Shown: positions 11,307-21,164 of the stretch, one piece after another
Layout: each line of letters starts with the position of its first letter
Position numbering within the stretch: the first letter of the stretch is position 1
Assembly (NCBI GenBank): GCA_903821745.1
Contig: CAIJMI010000005.1
Span: 57,051 to 121,050 of the forward strand
Direction: 5' to 3'
Source of the DNA: Candidatus Gottesmanbacteria bacterium
GTDB lineage: Bacteria; Patescibacteriota; Microgenomatia; UBA10105; UBA927
DNA length: 64,000 bases
The notes under the pieces: generated by a model
What the model saw: only the letters and a program-made list of their open reading frames with translations
The model's database searches: none
What the model was told of the DNA's origin: nothing
Translations under genes and position numbers: made by a program

Positions 11307-12031
11307 GGAGCACTTGTTAAAATCGGTGAATATAAATCATCATCAAGTGTAATAATTAAACTCTCCGTCTCTTTTTTTGTTGGTGGTCGATTTTGAAATA
11401 CAACAAACGGGGTGTTCCGAATGATTGCAAGGGGAGTTTGTTCATTTCCTTCACCCATAACAACAACAGCCGCAGCCGACAGTCCGTCAAGAACATTTGC
11501 CTTAGTAACTTCAAGCGGTCGGCCGAAAATATCTGGTTTCCCGATATATGTATTTAATGCGTCAAACCCTGACCAAGCAATGCCGATGCCGGTTGTCCCC
11601 CATCGAAGTGGAGTAGTGTGGCTGTCTGTAATGATTACACCCAGCGTTTCTAGTTGATATTTTTCTTTAAGATACATCCATGCATCTTTTGCGCTACCCA
11701 TTGGATCTTCTGGCCATAAAATATACTGAGCATTGCCGTTGGATTCATCAATACCGCTGTTTGGAATTAAGATATTATCTGTTACGGTAAGAGCCATATG
11801 ATATTTTCTCGTAGCATCATTTTCAATGTAATACTGAGCTTCATCCCTGACGAGTGCAAATTTATCGTCTTCATTGGTTGCTTTTTTGATACGTCCCTGA
11901 CAGATACTGACAATTTTGGACGTGATTACAATAATATCTCTGTTTGCGAGACTTGGGATTGCGGAATCAAGAATACTATGCAATGAATCACCTGCAGTGA
12001 CCTGGCGAGTTTTGTATGCGGTTATCTCCAT
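11279..12031 (-). CDS. CofE-like gamma-glutamate ligase (F420-0/folate type)
   Basis: ITSKIVS, NSGIDESN, VIITDS, VMGEGNEQTPLA. Confidence 0.85.
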   Translation of the reverse strand: MEITAYKTRQVTAGDSLHSILDSAIPSLANRDIIVITSKIVSICQGRIKKATNEDDKFALVRDEAQYYIENDATRKYHMALTVTDNILIPNSGIDESNGNAQYILWPEDPMGSAKDAWMYLKEKYQLETLGVIITDSHTTPLRWGTTGIGIAWSGFDALNTYIGKPDIFGRPLEVTKANVLDGLSAAAVVVMGEGNEQTPLAIIRNTPFVVFQNRPPTKKETESLIITLDDDLYSPILTSAPWKKGNAPA

Positions 12032-12032
12032 G

Positions 12033-12500
12033 TTATTTATTGTTGCCGAATTTTGAATTTCGTTTTACCAGCTTGGCTACATAAATAATATCCCGAACTT
12101 CTCCGTCATCGCCTTCAATTTCATTTGATCCAGAAAGCCGCATATATTCCCGAAGATAGTCAGAAAGCGCTGCCTGAAAATCTTTAAGTTCTCCGGACAA
12201 TTCCTTTACCTTAGCGGAAAGATCAGCAACCGCCGGCTGTTTAAGAAGTTCTGATTTTGTTTTAGAGCGTACTTTCATGGCTTCTTTAACGAGTTTGTCG
12301 TGCTCCATGTACGTTGAATCATTGCGGTAGGTATCAGCAAGCATTTCCTTTAATTTTTTGAGTTCTGTTTTGCTTTTATCGACAGAAGCAATGTGTTCTT
12401 TAATGGTTGATTCCAGATTTGTAAGAAGTTCACTAGCTGTCTCTTCAACTATCTCTCCATTTTGTATTGGTTGTGTATCATCTTGTGTATTCATATCCAT
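12033..12500 (-). CDS. Coiled-coil hypothetical protein
   Basis: 155 aa helical ORF abutting the next gene. Confidence 0.75.
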   Translation of the reverse strand: MDMNTQDDTQPIQNGEIVEETASELLTNLESTIKEHIASVDKSKTELKKLKEMLADTYRNDSTYMEHDKLVKEAMKVRSKTKSELLKQPAVADLSAKVKELSGELKDFQAALSDYLREYMRLSGSNEIEGDDGEVRDIIYVAKLVKRNSKFGNNK

Positions 12501-12528
12501 ACACTATATAGAAAACGGGCAATAAAAA

Positions 12529-13485
12529 TCAAGTTGACAAACCGAAGAGAGTCTGAAGAATGTTTCTGGCTTCATCCGTTGTTCGTATTGTGATAAGTTT
12601 TTGGCGAATTTCCGATGCATGTTCAATACCCCTGATATACCATGCCAGATGTTTCCGTAAGGATAGTGGATTTGAATCTGGTGTCAGCGCGTCAAAATAA
12701 TTGCAGTGATCAATAGCTGTGTAAATTCGTTCTGCAAATGTTGGTATATGGTCGGTAAATACCCAAGGATTACCAAGTGTAGCCCTGCCGATTAGGACGC
12801 CATCGTAAGAATAATTTTTTGCTTTTTCGAGTGCATCTTTATATGAGGAAACATCACCATTACCAAGAAGCAGCACATGTTTTGTTTTCGCAAGATCTGC
12901 AGCAATTTTAATTTCATCCCAATTAGCAATTCCGGAATACTGTTGCGTCAGGGTTCTTCCATGAAGAGCAATGGCATCAAGTGGCATTTCAAGAAGTACT
13001 GATATCCATTCTGTAGTGATAATGGTGTCATAACCAATGCGTGTTTTTACGGATAACCCGATAGGCTTACCGCTTTTTTTAATGGCTGCATAGACAGATG
13101 CAATAATTTTTTGTGCAAGTTGAGGTGTACGGATAAGCGCAGCACCTCCACCGCTATGCGTAACTCTGCGGGCGGGACATCCCATATTAATATCAATGCC
13201 AACAACCGAAGTTTTTTCGAGAAGCATGGTTGTAGCTTCCGCCATACCCCTTGGGTCTTTACCAAATAATTGCCCAACAAGTGGCGTTGTGGTTTGGTGT
13301 GTAGCAAACGTTCGAAGAAGCTTTTTGTTGCGTATGAGTCCATCAGCTGACACAAATTCTGTATACAGTATGGTTGGATGTCCAATAATATCAACAACTG
13401 CCCGAAATGCTGGGTCAGTTATGCCGTCCATAGGGGATAAACCGATAATTGGGCTTTTAAAAATTGACCAAAACGATGTAGCCAT
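12529..13485 (-). CDS. dus: tRNA-dihydrouridine synthase
   Basis: SPMDGITD, DINMGCP, LHGRT, GNGDV, IGRATLGNPW; start set at MATSFW. Confidence 0.92.
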   Translation of the reverse strand: MATSFWSIFKSPIIGLSPMDGITDPAFRAVVDIIGHPTILYTEFVSADGLIRNKKLLRTFATHQTTTPLVGQLFGKDPRGMAEATTMLLEKTSVVGIDINMGCPARRVTHSGGGAALIRTPQLAQKIIASVYAAIKKSGKPIGLSVKTRIGYDTIITTEWISVLLEMPLDAIALHGRTLTQQYSGIANWDEIKIAADLAKTKHVLLLGNGDVSSYKDALEKAKNYSYDGVLIGRATLGNPWVFTDHIPTFAERIYTAIDHCNYFDALTPDSNPLSLRKHLAWYIRGIEHASEIRQKLITIRTTDEARNILQTLFGLST

Positions 13486-13527
13486 AGTGATGTATAATTC
13501 CTCATATCTTATCACGATGCAGCCTAT

Positions 13528-14508
13528 ATGAACACAAAATTTAAAAACGTCGCAGCACTTACATCACTGAAGTATTTTACAGCCACAAAAGACGGGTCAA
13601 TACTGTTGCGGTCAGGTATTGTTGATCATATTATTGATAGCCATACCCATATTGGTTTGGGACTCCTAGAAAATTCGTTACCGGAACCTACGAAGTATGT
13701 GTTTCCATTAAACGACGCAGCAATTGATATTTCGCATTATTCTGCACACGATTTTGATGCAAAATTGGTGAGGCGTGCCAGAATGGAAACACTAAAGGCA
13801 GTGCTTGCACGAGGAAGAAACTATCATTGCAGCGCTTCTCATTTAGTTCGTGAATTGAAGAATTTGCGCATTGATAGGGCGGTCGTACTGGCAGTTGATA
13901 TTTTTGGCAAAATAAATTCTAGTATGGTGTTAGCAACTGCTTCCAAACAACCAAAACACTTTATTCCCTTTATTTCTCTGCATCCTAGAAAACAAAATAA
14001 TGAACAATTAATGAAACACTATGTAGAACGGGGAGCAAGGGGTATAAAAATACATCCACCGATGCAGTTGGTTCGACCAAATAGCAGATATGTGTGTTCG
14101 ATGATGAAGCTGGCGACGGAATATCATTTGCCGGTTCTATTTCATTGTGGCTTCACACCCTTGTCTCCAAAATTTCAAAAACGGTTTTCCAACATGGAGG
14201 ATTATAAAAAAGTTGTTTCTCTCTATAAGGATATTCCAATCATTCTTGGCCATAGCGGTATTGATGAATGGGAAGAAGCACTCGCAATTGCAAAACAGTA
14301 TGACCATGTGTATTTGGAACTAAGTGGACAGCCGTCACAGGTTATTCAGAAAATTATAAAAACGATCGGTGATGACAGGTTATTGTTCGGATCTGATTGG
14401 CCCTACTATCCAACAACACTCCCCCTCGCAAAGGTGCTTCTTGCAACTGAAGGTAAAGAAAAATCAAGAGAAAAAATATTATATACAAATGCTTCCCATT
14501 TGTTCTAA
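13528..14508 (+). CDS. Amidohydrolase_2 family metal-dependent hydrolase
   Basis: IDSHTH, GIKIHP, FHCG, LGHSG, LFGSDWP. Confidence 0.88.
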   Translation: MNTKFKNVAALTSLKYFTATKDGSILLRSGIVDHIIDSHTHIGLGLLENSLPEPTKYVFPLNDAAIDISHYSAHDFDAKLVRRARMETLKAVLARGRNYHCSASHLVRELKNLRIDRAVVLAVDIFGKINSSMVLATASKQPKHFIPFISLHPRKQNNEQLMKHYVERGARGIKIHPPMQLVRPNSRYVCSMMKLATEYHLPVLFHCGFTPLSPKFQKRFSNMEDYKKVVSLYKDIPIILGHSGIDEWEEALAIAKQYDHVYLELSGQPSQVIQKIIKTIGDDRLLFGSDWPYYPTTLPLAKVLLATEGKEKSREKILYTNASHLF

Positions 14509-14533
14509 TCTTTGATAAAATACAAATCGTTTG

Positions 14534-14607
14534 GCCCCCATCGTCTAGTGGCCTAGGACGGGTGGTTTTCAGCCACCAGATCGCCGGTTCGACTCCGACT
14601 GGGGGTA
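14534..14607 (+). tRNA. tRNA-Glu(TTC)
   Basis: GCCCCCA...TGGGGGTA cloverleaf, anticodon arm GGTGG-TTTTCAG-CCACC. Confidence 0.93.
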
Positions 14608-14735
14608 CATAGTTTCATAATCGCAAGACACCCGTCGAATTATAAAGTACTCCAGGATTTTTTTGTGGATCAAAAAATAATTCGTTCATGTTTCATATAT
14701 TCGAATAATAGCAAATAATTATGTAATCTATAACG

Positions 14736-15395
14736 TTACACAATTTGCAGTTTATTTGAATTAGTTTTTAACCACTTTATATATTGCTTATATGCAGGCT
14801 TATATGCAGCAACTATTTTCCAAAATTTCGGTCCGTGATTTTTTTCTTTTGTGTGGGAAAGTTCGTGGACAACAACATAATCAAGAACAAGGATTGGTGC
14901 CATCACAAGTCGCCAATTAAACTGTAATGCGTTATTCGGAGCACATGAACCCCATTTAGAACTGGTATCCGAATAGGTAATATTTTTATACGCGGTATTC
15001 ATAGCATTAGCATAAAAATTCACCCGTTCAGTTATAATTCGTTTCGCTTCTTTTACATACCAATTTGTTAATTCTACTTTTCCCCGGAATAGAAGATGTT
15101 TTGGATAATGAAGTTTTCCTTTATCTAAAGTAATTTGTCTGCCTAAATCAATCGTTACGACATAGGGATTACCAAGATAATAATAAATGTCACCGTCTTC
15201 AATCGCATGTTTAATTTTAAGTGGAAATTTTTGTGTTACTGCAACTTTTTTTTCTATCCATTCTTTTTTACTCTCGACAAACTGGTCAATGAGAAATTTT
15301 GGGAGTAGCGTTGGTGCTTTGACGACCACAGCACCGGTTGGTGCTATTTGGATAAGAATACTGCGTCGGTGAGACCGAAAAAGTTCGTACTTCAT
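14736..15395 (-). CDS. YgjP/DUF45 zinc-dependent hydrolase
   Basis: KWGSC, FNWRL, DYVVVHELSH..NH..FW; start overlaps tdk stop (ATGA). Confidence 0.88.
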   Translation of the reverse strand: MKYELFRSHRRSILIQIAPTGAVVVKAPTLLPKFLIDQFVESKKEWIEKKVAVTQKFPLKIKHAIEDGDIYYYLGNPYVVTIDLGRQITLDKGKLHYPKHLLFRGKVELTNWYVKEAKRIITERVNFYANAMNTAYKNITYSDTSSKWGSCAPNNALQFNWRLVMAPILVLDYVVVHELSHTKEKNHGPKFWKIVAAYKPAYKQYIKWLKTNSNKLQIV

Positions 15396-15967
15396 TTTTT
15401 CTTGTAACAAGCCCGACAACGCGCTACATAGACGTTGTCTGAAAATTTTGCAACGAGGGACGGATCAGTATGGAGTGCGTTAACAGTTTTTCCTTTGGTT
15501 ATTCGTTTATGAAAAACCGCGTCATTACCACATATGCTGCAAACTGAAGATAATTTTGTCACCTTATCAGCAATTGACATGAGTGTTGGCATAGGAGCAA
15601 ATGGTTGCCGATCAAACGTCATCGCAAGCCCTGCAACAATGACATGTTTTTTCTGTTGAAGCAATGTCTCCACAACTGGAACAAGCGCCTCCCCAAACCA
15701 TTGTGCTTCATCAATTGCGACTAAATCCGTATTTTTTGTTACAGTTTTGAGTATGTCTTTCGCGTGATGAATCAGTTCTGAGGCAAATGTCATCCCTGCA
15801 TGGCTATGGATTTCCTTTTCCTTTCCATAGCGAATATCAATGGCATGTTTAAAGACAACAACGTGTTTCTTGCCAATAGTTGCACGTTTTACTTGTCGGA
15901 TGAGTTCTTCTGTTTTGCCGCAGTACATAGGACCTGCAATGACTTCTAGATATCCGATACGGTTCAT
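15392..15967 (-). CDS. tdk: Thymidine kinase
   Basis: GPMYCGKT, IDEAQW, CSIC and CRAC zinc site. Confidence 0.95.
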   Translation of the reverse strand: MNRIGYLEVIAGPMYCGKTEELIRQVKRATIGKKHVVVFKHAIDIRYGKEKEIHSHAGMTFASELIHHAKDILKTVTKNTDLVAIDEAQWFGEALVPVVETLLQQKKHVIVAGLAMTFDRQPFAPMPTLMSIADKVTKLSSVCSICGNDAVFHKRITKGKTVNALHTDPSLVAKFSDNVYVARCRACYKKK

Positions 15968-16093
15968 ATGAGACAGATACTACGGCATGAATCTTGTCTG
16001 CGCAAGAGGACGCAACGGTTTCGGGTTTTATTGATATAGTTCTATCTATTTTATCATCTTGTTAGGATTCATTTTCGGGTTTAGTATGAATAT

Positions 16094-16339
16094 ATGGCAG
16101 ATAGAATTGATGAATCAGTTACGGTTGCAACAGCTCTTCTAAGTAAAACCATCGTACCGGAACGTGTGGAATGGAGACATCATACCTATATTTGTACGCG
16201 ATGCACGATGCAGTATACCAGCATGGACGGTCAAACACTGCTCCATGTGTTTTTTATGACAACAAAAGAAGCATGTATGCAGATAGTGTTAAACACACGA
16301 TCACTGCGATGGACATTACAGGCAATTGAGACACTATGA
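16094..16339 (+). CDS. Small beta-rich hypothetical protein coupled to dinB
   Basis: 81 aa; ATGA overlap with the Y-family polymerase. Confidence 0.65.
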   Translation: MADRIDESVTVATALLSKTIVPERVEWRHHTYICTRCTMQYTSMDGQTLLHVFFMTTKEACMQIVLNTRSLRWTLQAIETL

Positions 16340-17604
16340 TACGCCAATTTACTGCGCATTTACCAACAGTGCTCTATATAGACATTAACTCCTGTTTTGC
16401 AACCATTGAACAACAAGCGCATCCAAAATATCAAGGAAAACCGCTTGTGATTGCAGCGTATGAAACAGAAAACGGTGTTATTTTAGCAGCATCATATGAA
16501 GCGAAACGGTGTGGTGTGCAAACGGGGATGCGGATTTCCGAGGGCAAAAGACTATGTCCGGCCCTTCTTGTCACCGTACCGGATCCAGAAAAATATCGGT
16601 TCGTTAATACCCGTCTTACCGAACTTGTTTCATCCTATTCATCACACATACAAGTCCAATCAATCGATGAAATGATCGTCCGCATGGATGAAACACCGTA
16701 TCTTACAGGGTACACGAATACTGAAAAAGTGGTAGTTGATCGAATGCGGTATTTGGGAATGGAAATAAAAAAACGGATTCGGGAAGAAATAGGTGATCGT
16801 ATAACGGTATCTATCGGTATTGCACCCAACGCATTTTTGGCAAAAACAGCGTCAAATTTAAAAAAACCGGATGGACTGGAAGAAATAATTGCAAGCAATA
16901 TTATTCGTGTTCTAGATTCTTTGCAACTTACGGATTTATGCGGAATAAAAAAGGGGAACGGTAGGCGATTGCTGGCACATGGTATTACGACCCCTCGTAT
17001 GATGTTTGAATCCCCACCTGAGGCAGTAGAACGGGCATTTGGGTCAATCACGGGTCGATATTGGTGGTTATGGCTTCATGGATTTGAAATCGGATCTATT
17101 TATGCAGAAAAACAAAACGAAGAACGAAAAAGTTATAGTCAATCGTCATCGCTTCAGTGTCCGACTATTCCCAGTGATACCAATGCCATACAAGTTATCT
17201 ACCAGTTAGTGGCAAAAATGACTGGTCGGCTTCGAGAAGATGGATGCAGTACTGGTGGTGTTATGGCAGGATGTGCATTTAGAGACGGAACCTATTGGCA
17301 AAAACGGAAAAAATTGACAACGAAAAAGTATGCAACAGAAGATATATTTGAGGTAATCCGGAAACTCTTTTTTTATGCGCCCGCTAAACTGATTCATACG
17401 GTGTTTGTTGGCGTATATGATATTCATGCAGATTTATATTCCCAGTTAACGATGGATGAACAGGAACTCGAAAAACAGGCCCGTACAAAGGCAATAGACA
17501 GTATTTGTCATAAATTTGGGAGTCAGTCGATTACGTCAGGCATCGCAATGCAGGCAAAACAAATAATTGTTGACCGTATTGCGTTTGGAAAAGGTGCATT
17601 GTAA
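16336..17604 (+). CDS. dinB: Y-family DNA polymerase (Pol IV-like)
   Basis: YIDINSCFA, SYEAKRCGV, SIDE, SIGIAPN.FLAK.AS..KPDG. Confidence 0.9.
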   Translation: MIRQFTAHLPTVLYIDINSCFATIEQQAHPKYQGKPLVIAAYETENGVILAASYEAKRCGVQTGMRISEGKRLCPALLVTVPDPEKYRFVNTRLTELVSSYSSHIQVQSIDEMIVRMDETPYLTGYTNTEKVVVDRMRYLGMEIKKRIREEIGDRITVSIGIAPNAFLAKTASNLKKPDGLEEIIASNIIRVLDSLQLTDLCGIKKGNGRRLLAHGITTPRMMFESPPEAVERAFGSITGRYWWLWLHGFEIGSIYAEKQNEERKSYSQSSSLQCPTIPSDTNAIQVIYQLVAKMTGRLREDGCSTGGVMAGCAFRDGTYWQKRKKLTTKKYATEDIFEVIRKLFFYAPAKLIHTVFVGVYDIHADLYSQLTMDEQELEKQARTKAIDSICHKFGSQSITSGIAMQAKQIIVDRIAFGKGAL

Positions 17605-17617
17605 GATAATAAGAATA

Positions 17618-17725
17618 AATCAAGAGCGATGAGTAGTGATCTAGCACAGTGACTCATCCAGCAACCGATGCGAATGTATCGCCCGCGGTGCTCCAGCTAG
17701 AAAACGATTAGCCCTTAGAAAGGAA
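17618..17725 (+). promoter_or_regulatory. SAM-I superfamily riboswitch (P4-less variant) upstream of metK
   Basis: AATCAAGAG, P2 GATGAGT/ACTCATC, CAGCAACC...GGTGCT, pseudoknot CTAGC/GCTAG, closing GATT. Confidence 0.8.
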
Positions 17726-17729
17726 ACAT

Positions 17730-18836
17730 ATGATTACGTATTTTACTTCTGAATCCGTTGCTGCAGGTCATCCCGATAAAGTGTGTGACCAAGTATCTGA
17801 TGCTGTTGTTGACGCGGCACTTGCAGTATACCCGAAGAGTCGAGTTGCTGTGGAAACATTGGTTACCAAAAATAGAATTGTACTTGCCGGCGAAGTGACC
17901 TGTCCAAAACGATTGGATTACAAAAAAATTGCCCAAAAAACAATTAAGCGTCTTGGATACACAAAAGAGCTATTTGAATTTACGAACAACTCCCCGATTT
18001 CAATCTATATACACGAACAGTCCCCGGATATTGCAAAAGGGGTTGATGATGGAGGAGCTGGCGACCAAGGAATGATGTTTGGCTATGCGTGTAACGACAC
18101 ACCAGAATATATGCCGCTGCCAATTATTTTTGCGCATCGCCTTGTTGAACAGATGGACAACGTTCGGGAGAATAAAAAACTTTCGTATTTACGACCGGAT
18201 GGAAAAGCAGAAGTCAAAGTAAAATATGACGGCATGATTCCAAAGGAAATGGAAGAAATCGTTCTTGCTGTGCCACATGATCCCAAAAAAACAAATAGTG
18301 AGGTAAAACAGGATTTAATCCGGTATGTTATTTCGCCTATTTGTGAGTGGTATCATATGTATATACCAAAAACCGATGCAATTATTTTAAATGGTACCGG
18401 TACATGGGATATTGGTGGTCCTGCATCAGATACTGGGGTGACGGGAAGAAAAATTATTGTTGACACGTACGGGTCATTTGCAAGGCACGGTGGTGGCTGT
18501 TTTTCCGGAAAAGATCCGACAAAAGTGGATCGAAGTGCCGCATATGCCTGCCGGTTTATTGCCAAAAATATTATTCACCAAAAATTTGCAAAACGTGTTG
18601 AAGTGCGAGTTGCCTATGTTATTGGTCAGGAGGATCCGATTGATCTACAGTTTGAATGTTTTGGAACGGAACAAAAACCAATGGCAACCATAAAGTCATA
18701 CGCAAATCAGATTCTTTCATTATCCGTTAAAGGTATTATTGAAGGATTACATCTTAGGCAACCGATGTATGAAAAGACCGCTGCATACGGACATTTCGGT
18801 CGAGATGGATTCCCTTGGGAAGCAGTGTTAGAATAA
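17730..18836 (+). CDS. metK: S-adenosylmethionine synthetase
   Basis: TSESV..GHPDK, GAGDQG, GGGCFSGKDPTKVDRS. Confidence 0.97.
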   Translation: MITYFTSESVAAGHPDKVCDQVSDAVVDAALAVYPKSRVAVETLVTKNRIVLAGEVTCPKRLDYKKIAQKTIKRLGYTKELFEFTNNSPISIYIHEQSPDIAKGVDDGGAGDQGMMFGYACNDTPEYMPLPIIFAHRLVEQMDNVRENKKLSYLRPDGKAEVKVKYDGMIPKEMEEIVLAVPHDPKKTNSEVKQDLIRYVISPICEWYHMYIPKTDAIILNGTGTWDIGGPASDTGVTGRKIIVDTYGSFARHGGGCFSGKDPTKVDRSAAYACRFIAKNIIHQKFAKRVEVRVAYVIGQEDPIDLQFECFGTEQKPMATIKSYANQILSLSVKGIIEGLHLRQPMYEKTAAYGHFGRDGFPWEAVLE

Positions 18837-18840
18837 CAGC

Positions 18841-20037
18841 GTGAAGAAAAACGATCCAAAAATTGAATCAAAACCACTTGCGGAACTGCTTCGACCAAAA
18901 ACGCTTGACGATGTCGTTGGTCAGGCACACGTTGTTGGCAAGGACGGAATACTTCGAAAAATGCTAATCAGTGGTTTTATACCCTCCATGATTTTTTGGG
19001 GGCCACCGGGGTGCGGCAAAACAACACTTGCAGAGCTCGTTAGTACATTGACAAAATCCGTATTTATTTCAAAATCTGCAGTTACAACTAATCTTGCAGA
19101 TATTCGAGAAGTTATTGCACTTGCCGCAAAGCGACTAGTTGATTCTGGGCAACGGACAGTATTGTTTATTGATGAAATTCACCGATTTAATAAAGCACAA
19201 CAGGATGCCTTGTTGCCGCATGTAGAAAAAGGAACTGTTATTTTTATTGGAGCAACAACAGAAAATCCATCATTTGAAGTCATCTCACCGCTTCTCTCAA
19301 GAAGCCGCGTTTTGGTGCTTCATGCATTGACGGAGGATGAGCTAACGGCAATTGCAATACGTGGATTACAGTTTGTGAAACGATCCACAACAAAAGAAGC
19401 ACTTGCCGCACTTCTCACCTTTGGCAACGGTGACGCAAGACAGGTATTAACTATCATTGAAATTGCAGCAAAATTGAATACCAAAACACAGCTGGAAGAA
19501 TCGGATATTGAAGAAGCAGCACAACGGAAAATGCTGCAATACGATCAAACGGGTGATGAACATTACAATACGATCAGTGCATTTATCAAATCTATTCGGG
19601 CTAGTGATGTTGATGCAGCCCTATATTATCTTGCTCGTATGGTAAAGTCAGGAGAAGATCCGCTTTTTATTGCACGTCGTATGGTGGTATTTGCTTCTGA
19701 GGATATCGGTATGGCACAACCAACCGCCCTTGTTGTTGCTAACTCCGTATTTCGAGCATGCGAAACTATTGGATTCCCGGAATGTCAGGAAAATTTAGCG
19801 CATGGTGTTGTGTATCTTTGTAAAGCGCCCAAAAATCGCGATGCGTACAATGCATACATGGCAGCACTTTCTGATGTTGAACAGTTTGGGAATCTCGCAA
19901 TTCCCCTCACAATCAGAAATGCTCCAACATCATTAATGAAGGGGTTAGAATACGGCAAAGGATATGAAAAATATTCGAAGGAAAGTTTCTTACCGGACAA
20001 GATCAAAGGAAAACGGTACTATACACCAACGTCATAA
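18841..20037 (+). CDS. rarA: Replication-associated recombination protein A (MgsA/RarA)
   Basis: WGPPGCGKTT, DEIHRFNKAQQD, ATTENPSF, ASEDIG. Confidence 0.95.
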   Translation: MKKNDPKIESKPLAELLRPKTLDDVVGQAHVVGKDGILRKMLISGFIPSMIFWGPPGCGKTTLAELVSTLTKSVFISKSAVTTNLADIREVIALAAKRLVDSGQRTVLFIDEIHRFNKAQQDALLPHVEKGTVIFIGATTENPSFEVISPLLSRSRVLVLHALTEDELTAIAIRGLQFVKRSTTKEALAALLTFGNGDARQVLTIIEIAAKLNTKTQLEESDIEEAAQRKMLQYDQTGDEHYNTISAFIKSIRASDVDAALYYLARMVKSGEDPLFIARRMVVFASEDIGMAQPTALVVANSVFRACETIGFPECQENLAHGVVYLCKAPKNRDAYNAYMAALSDVEQFGNLAIPLTIRNAPTSLMKGLEYGKGYEKYSKESFLPDKIKGKRYYTPTS

Positions 20038-20043
20038 TCGTTT

Positions 20044-20466
20044 ATGAAAACAGAATATTCAGCAGGTGCAGTTATTGTAAAAATGGTTCAAGGCACCTGG
20101 CATGTACTTTGTATTCGCGATATGAACAAAAACCTCACGTTTCCCAAAGGGCTCATTGAACCAAAAGAAGACGCACGGGATGCAGCTATTCGTGAAGCCG
20201 AGGAAGAAACAGGTATTTCAAACATTGTCTATAAAGCACCGTTGCCGGAGGTGGCCTATTTTTATACTCGAAACGGAGCAACGCTTCATAAAACGGTCTC
20301 ATACTTTTTATTTACTTATGAAGGAACAGAAAAACTGAAACCGCAGATTGAAGAAGGCATTACGGATATTTTATGGCTTCCGTTGGAACAAGCAACGGAT
20401 TCAATCGGCTACACAAAATCAAATCTGCCGTTATTGACTGAAACAAAACGGCTTTTATCTGTATGA
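20044..20466 (+). CDS. NUDIX hydrolase
   Basis: PKG.IE..E....AAIREAEEETG Nudix box. Confidence 0.9.
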   Translation: MKTEYSAGAVIVKMVQGTWHVLCIRDMNKNLTFPKGLIEPKEDARDAAIREAEEETGISNIVYKAPLPEVAYFYTRNGATLHKTVSYFLFTYEGTEKLKPQIEEGITDILWLPLEQATDSIGYTKSNLPLLTETKRLLSV

Positions 20467-21152
20467 AAATACTCCTCCACGGCGAACATATCGAAGGGTC
20501 AAGAGAAGAATATATCAGATTGAAAACATCCTTTGGATCAAAAGAAATCCGTGAGTTAAATGGCAGACAAATAGATGAGGCAACACTCATTCAGGCAGTG
20601 CAATCCAATTCTTTGTTTGGCGAAGGAAGTATTGTGTGTATTGAACAGCTATTCGGAACCCTCGGGAAAAAGGCAAAACAGGCCGCCATATACGCAACTA
20701 TCATTAAAGAAGCTGATCCCACAGCAACGATTTTGCTTTGGGAACAAAAAGAAATTGGAAAAGAAATTTTGACACTCCTTGGACCGTCTGTTTCGGCGCG
20801 GCTTTTTGCGTATCCAAAAATTATTTTTTCTTTTCTTGATTCCATCAAACCTGATGGAATAAAGCAATCGCTTTTATATATGGATGAGCTGCTTGTTACA
20901 GAGCCTGCTGAGCTCGTTTGGAGTATGCTTATTTCAAGAATACGGACACTGATTCAGATAAAAGATGGCATTACACCCGACAAAATGTCAGCATGGCAGC
21001 TCGGGCGTTTGACAAACCAGGCGCGCTTGTTTACGATGAATAAACTGCTCGATATGCACAAAAACCTTCTCACAATGGAATATACCCTTAAAAATGGAAC
21101 ATCCCCATTTACCATGCCAGAAAGTATCAAACAATTTGTGTTGTCTGTATAA
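20463..21152 (+). CDS. holA: DNA polymerase III delta subunit-like protein (short)
   Basis: ILLHGE start, SNSLFG, IFSFLD and C-terminal LKNG pattern typical of HolA. Confidence 0.6.
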   Translation: MKILLHGEHIEGSREEYIRLKTSFGSKEIRELNGRQIDEATLIQAVQSNSLFGEGSIVCIEQLFGTLGKKAKQAAIYATIIKEADPTATILLWEQKEIGKEILTLLGPSVSARLFAYPKIIFSFLDSIKPDGIKQSLLYMDELLVTEPAELVWSMLISRIRTLIQIKDGITPDKMSAWQLGRLTNQARLFTMNKLLDMHKNLLTMEYTLKNGTSPFTMPESIKQFVLSV

Positions 21153-21164
21153 AAAGGAGGAACT

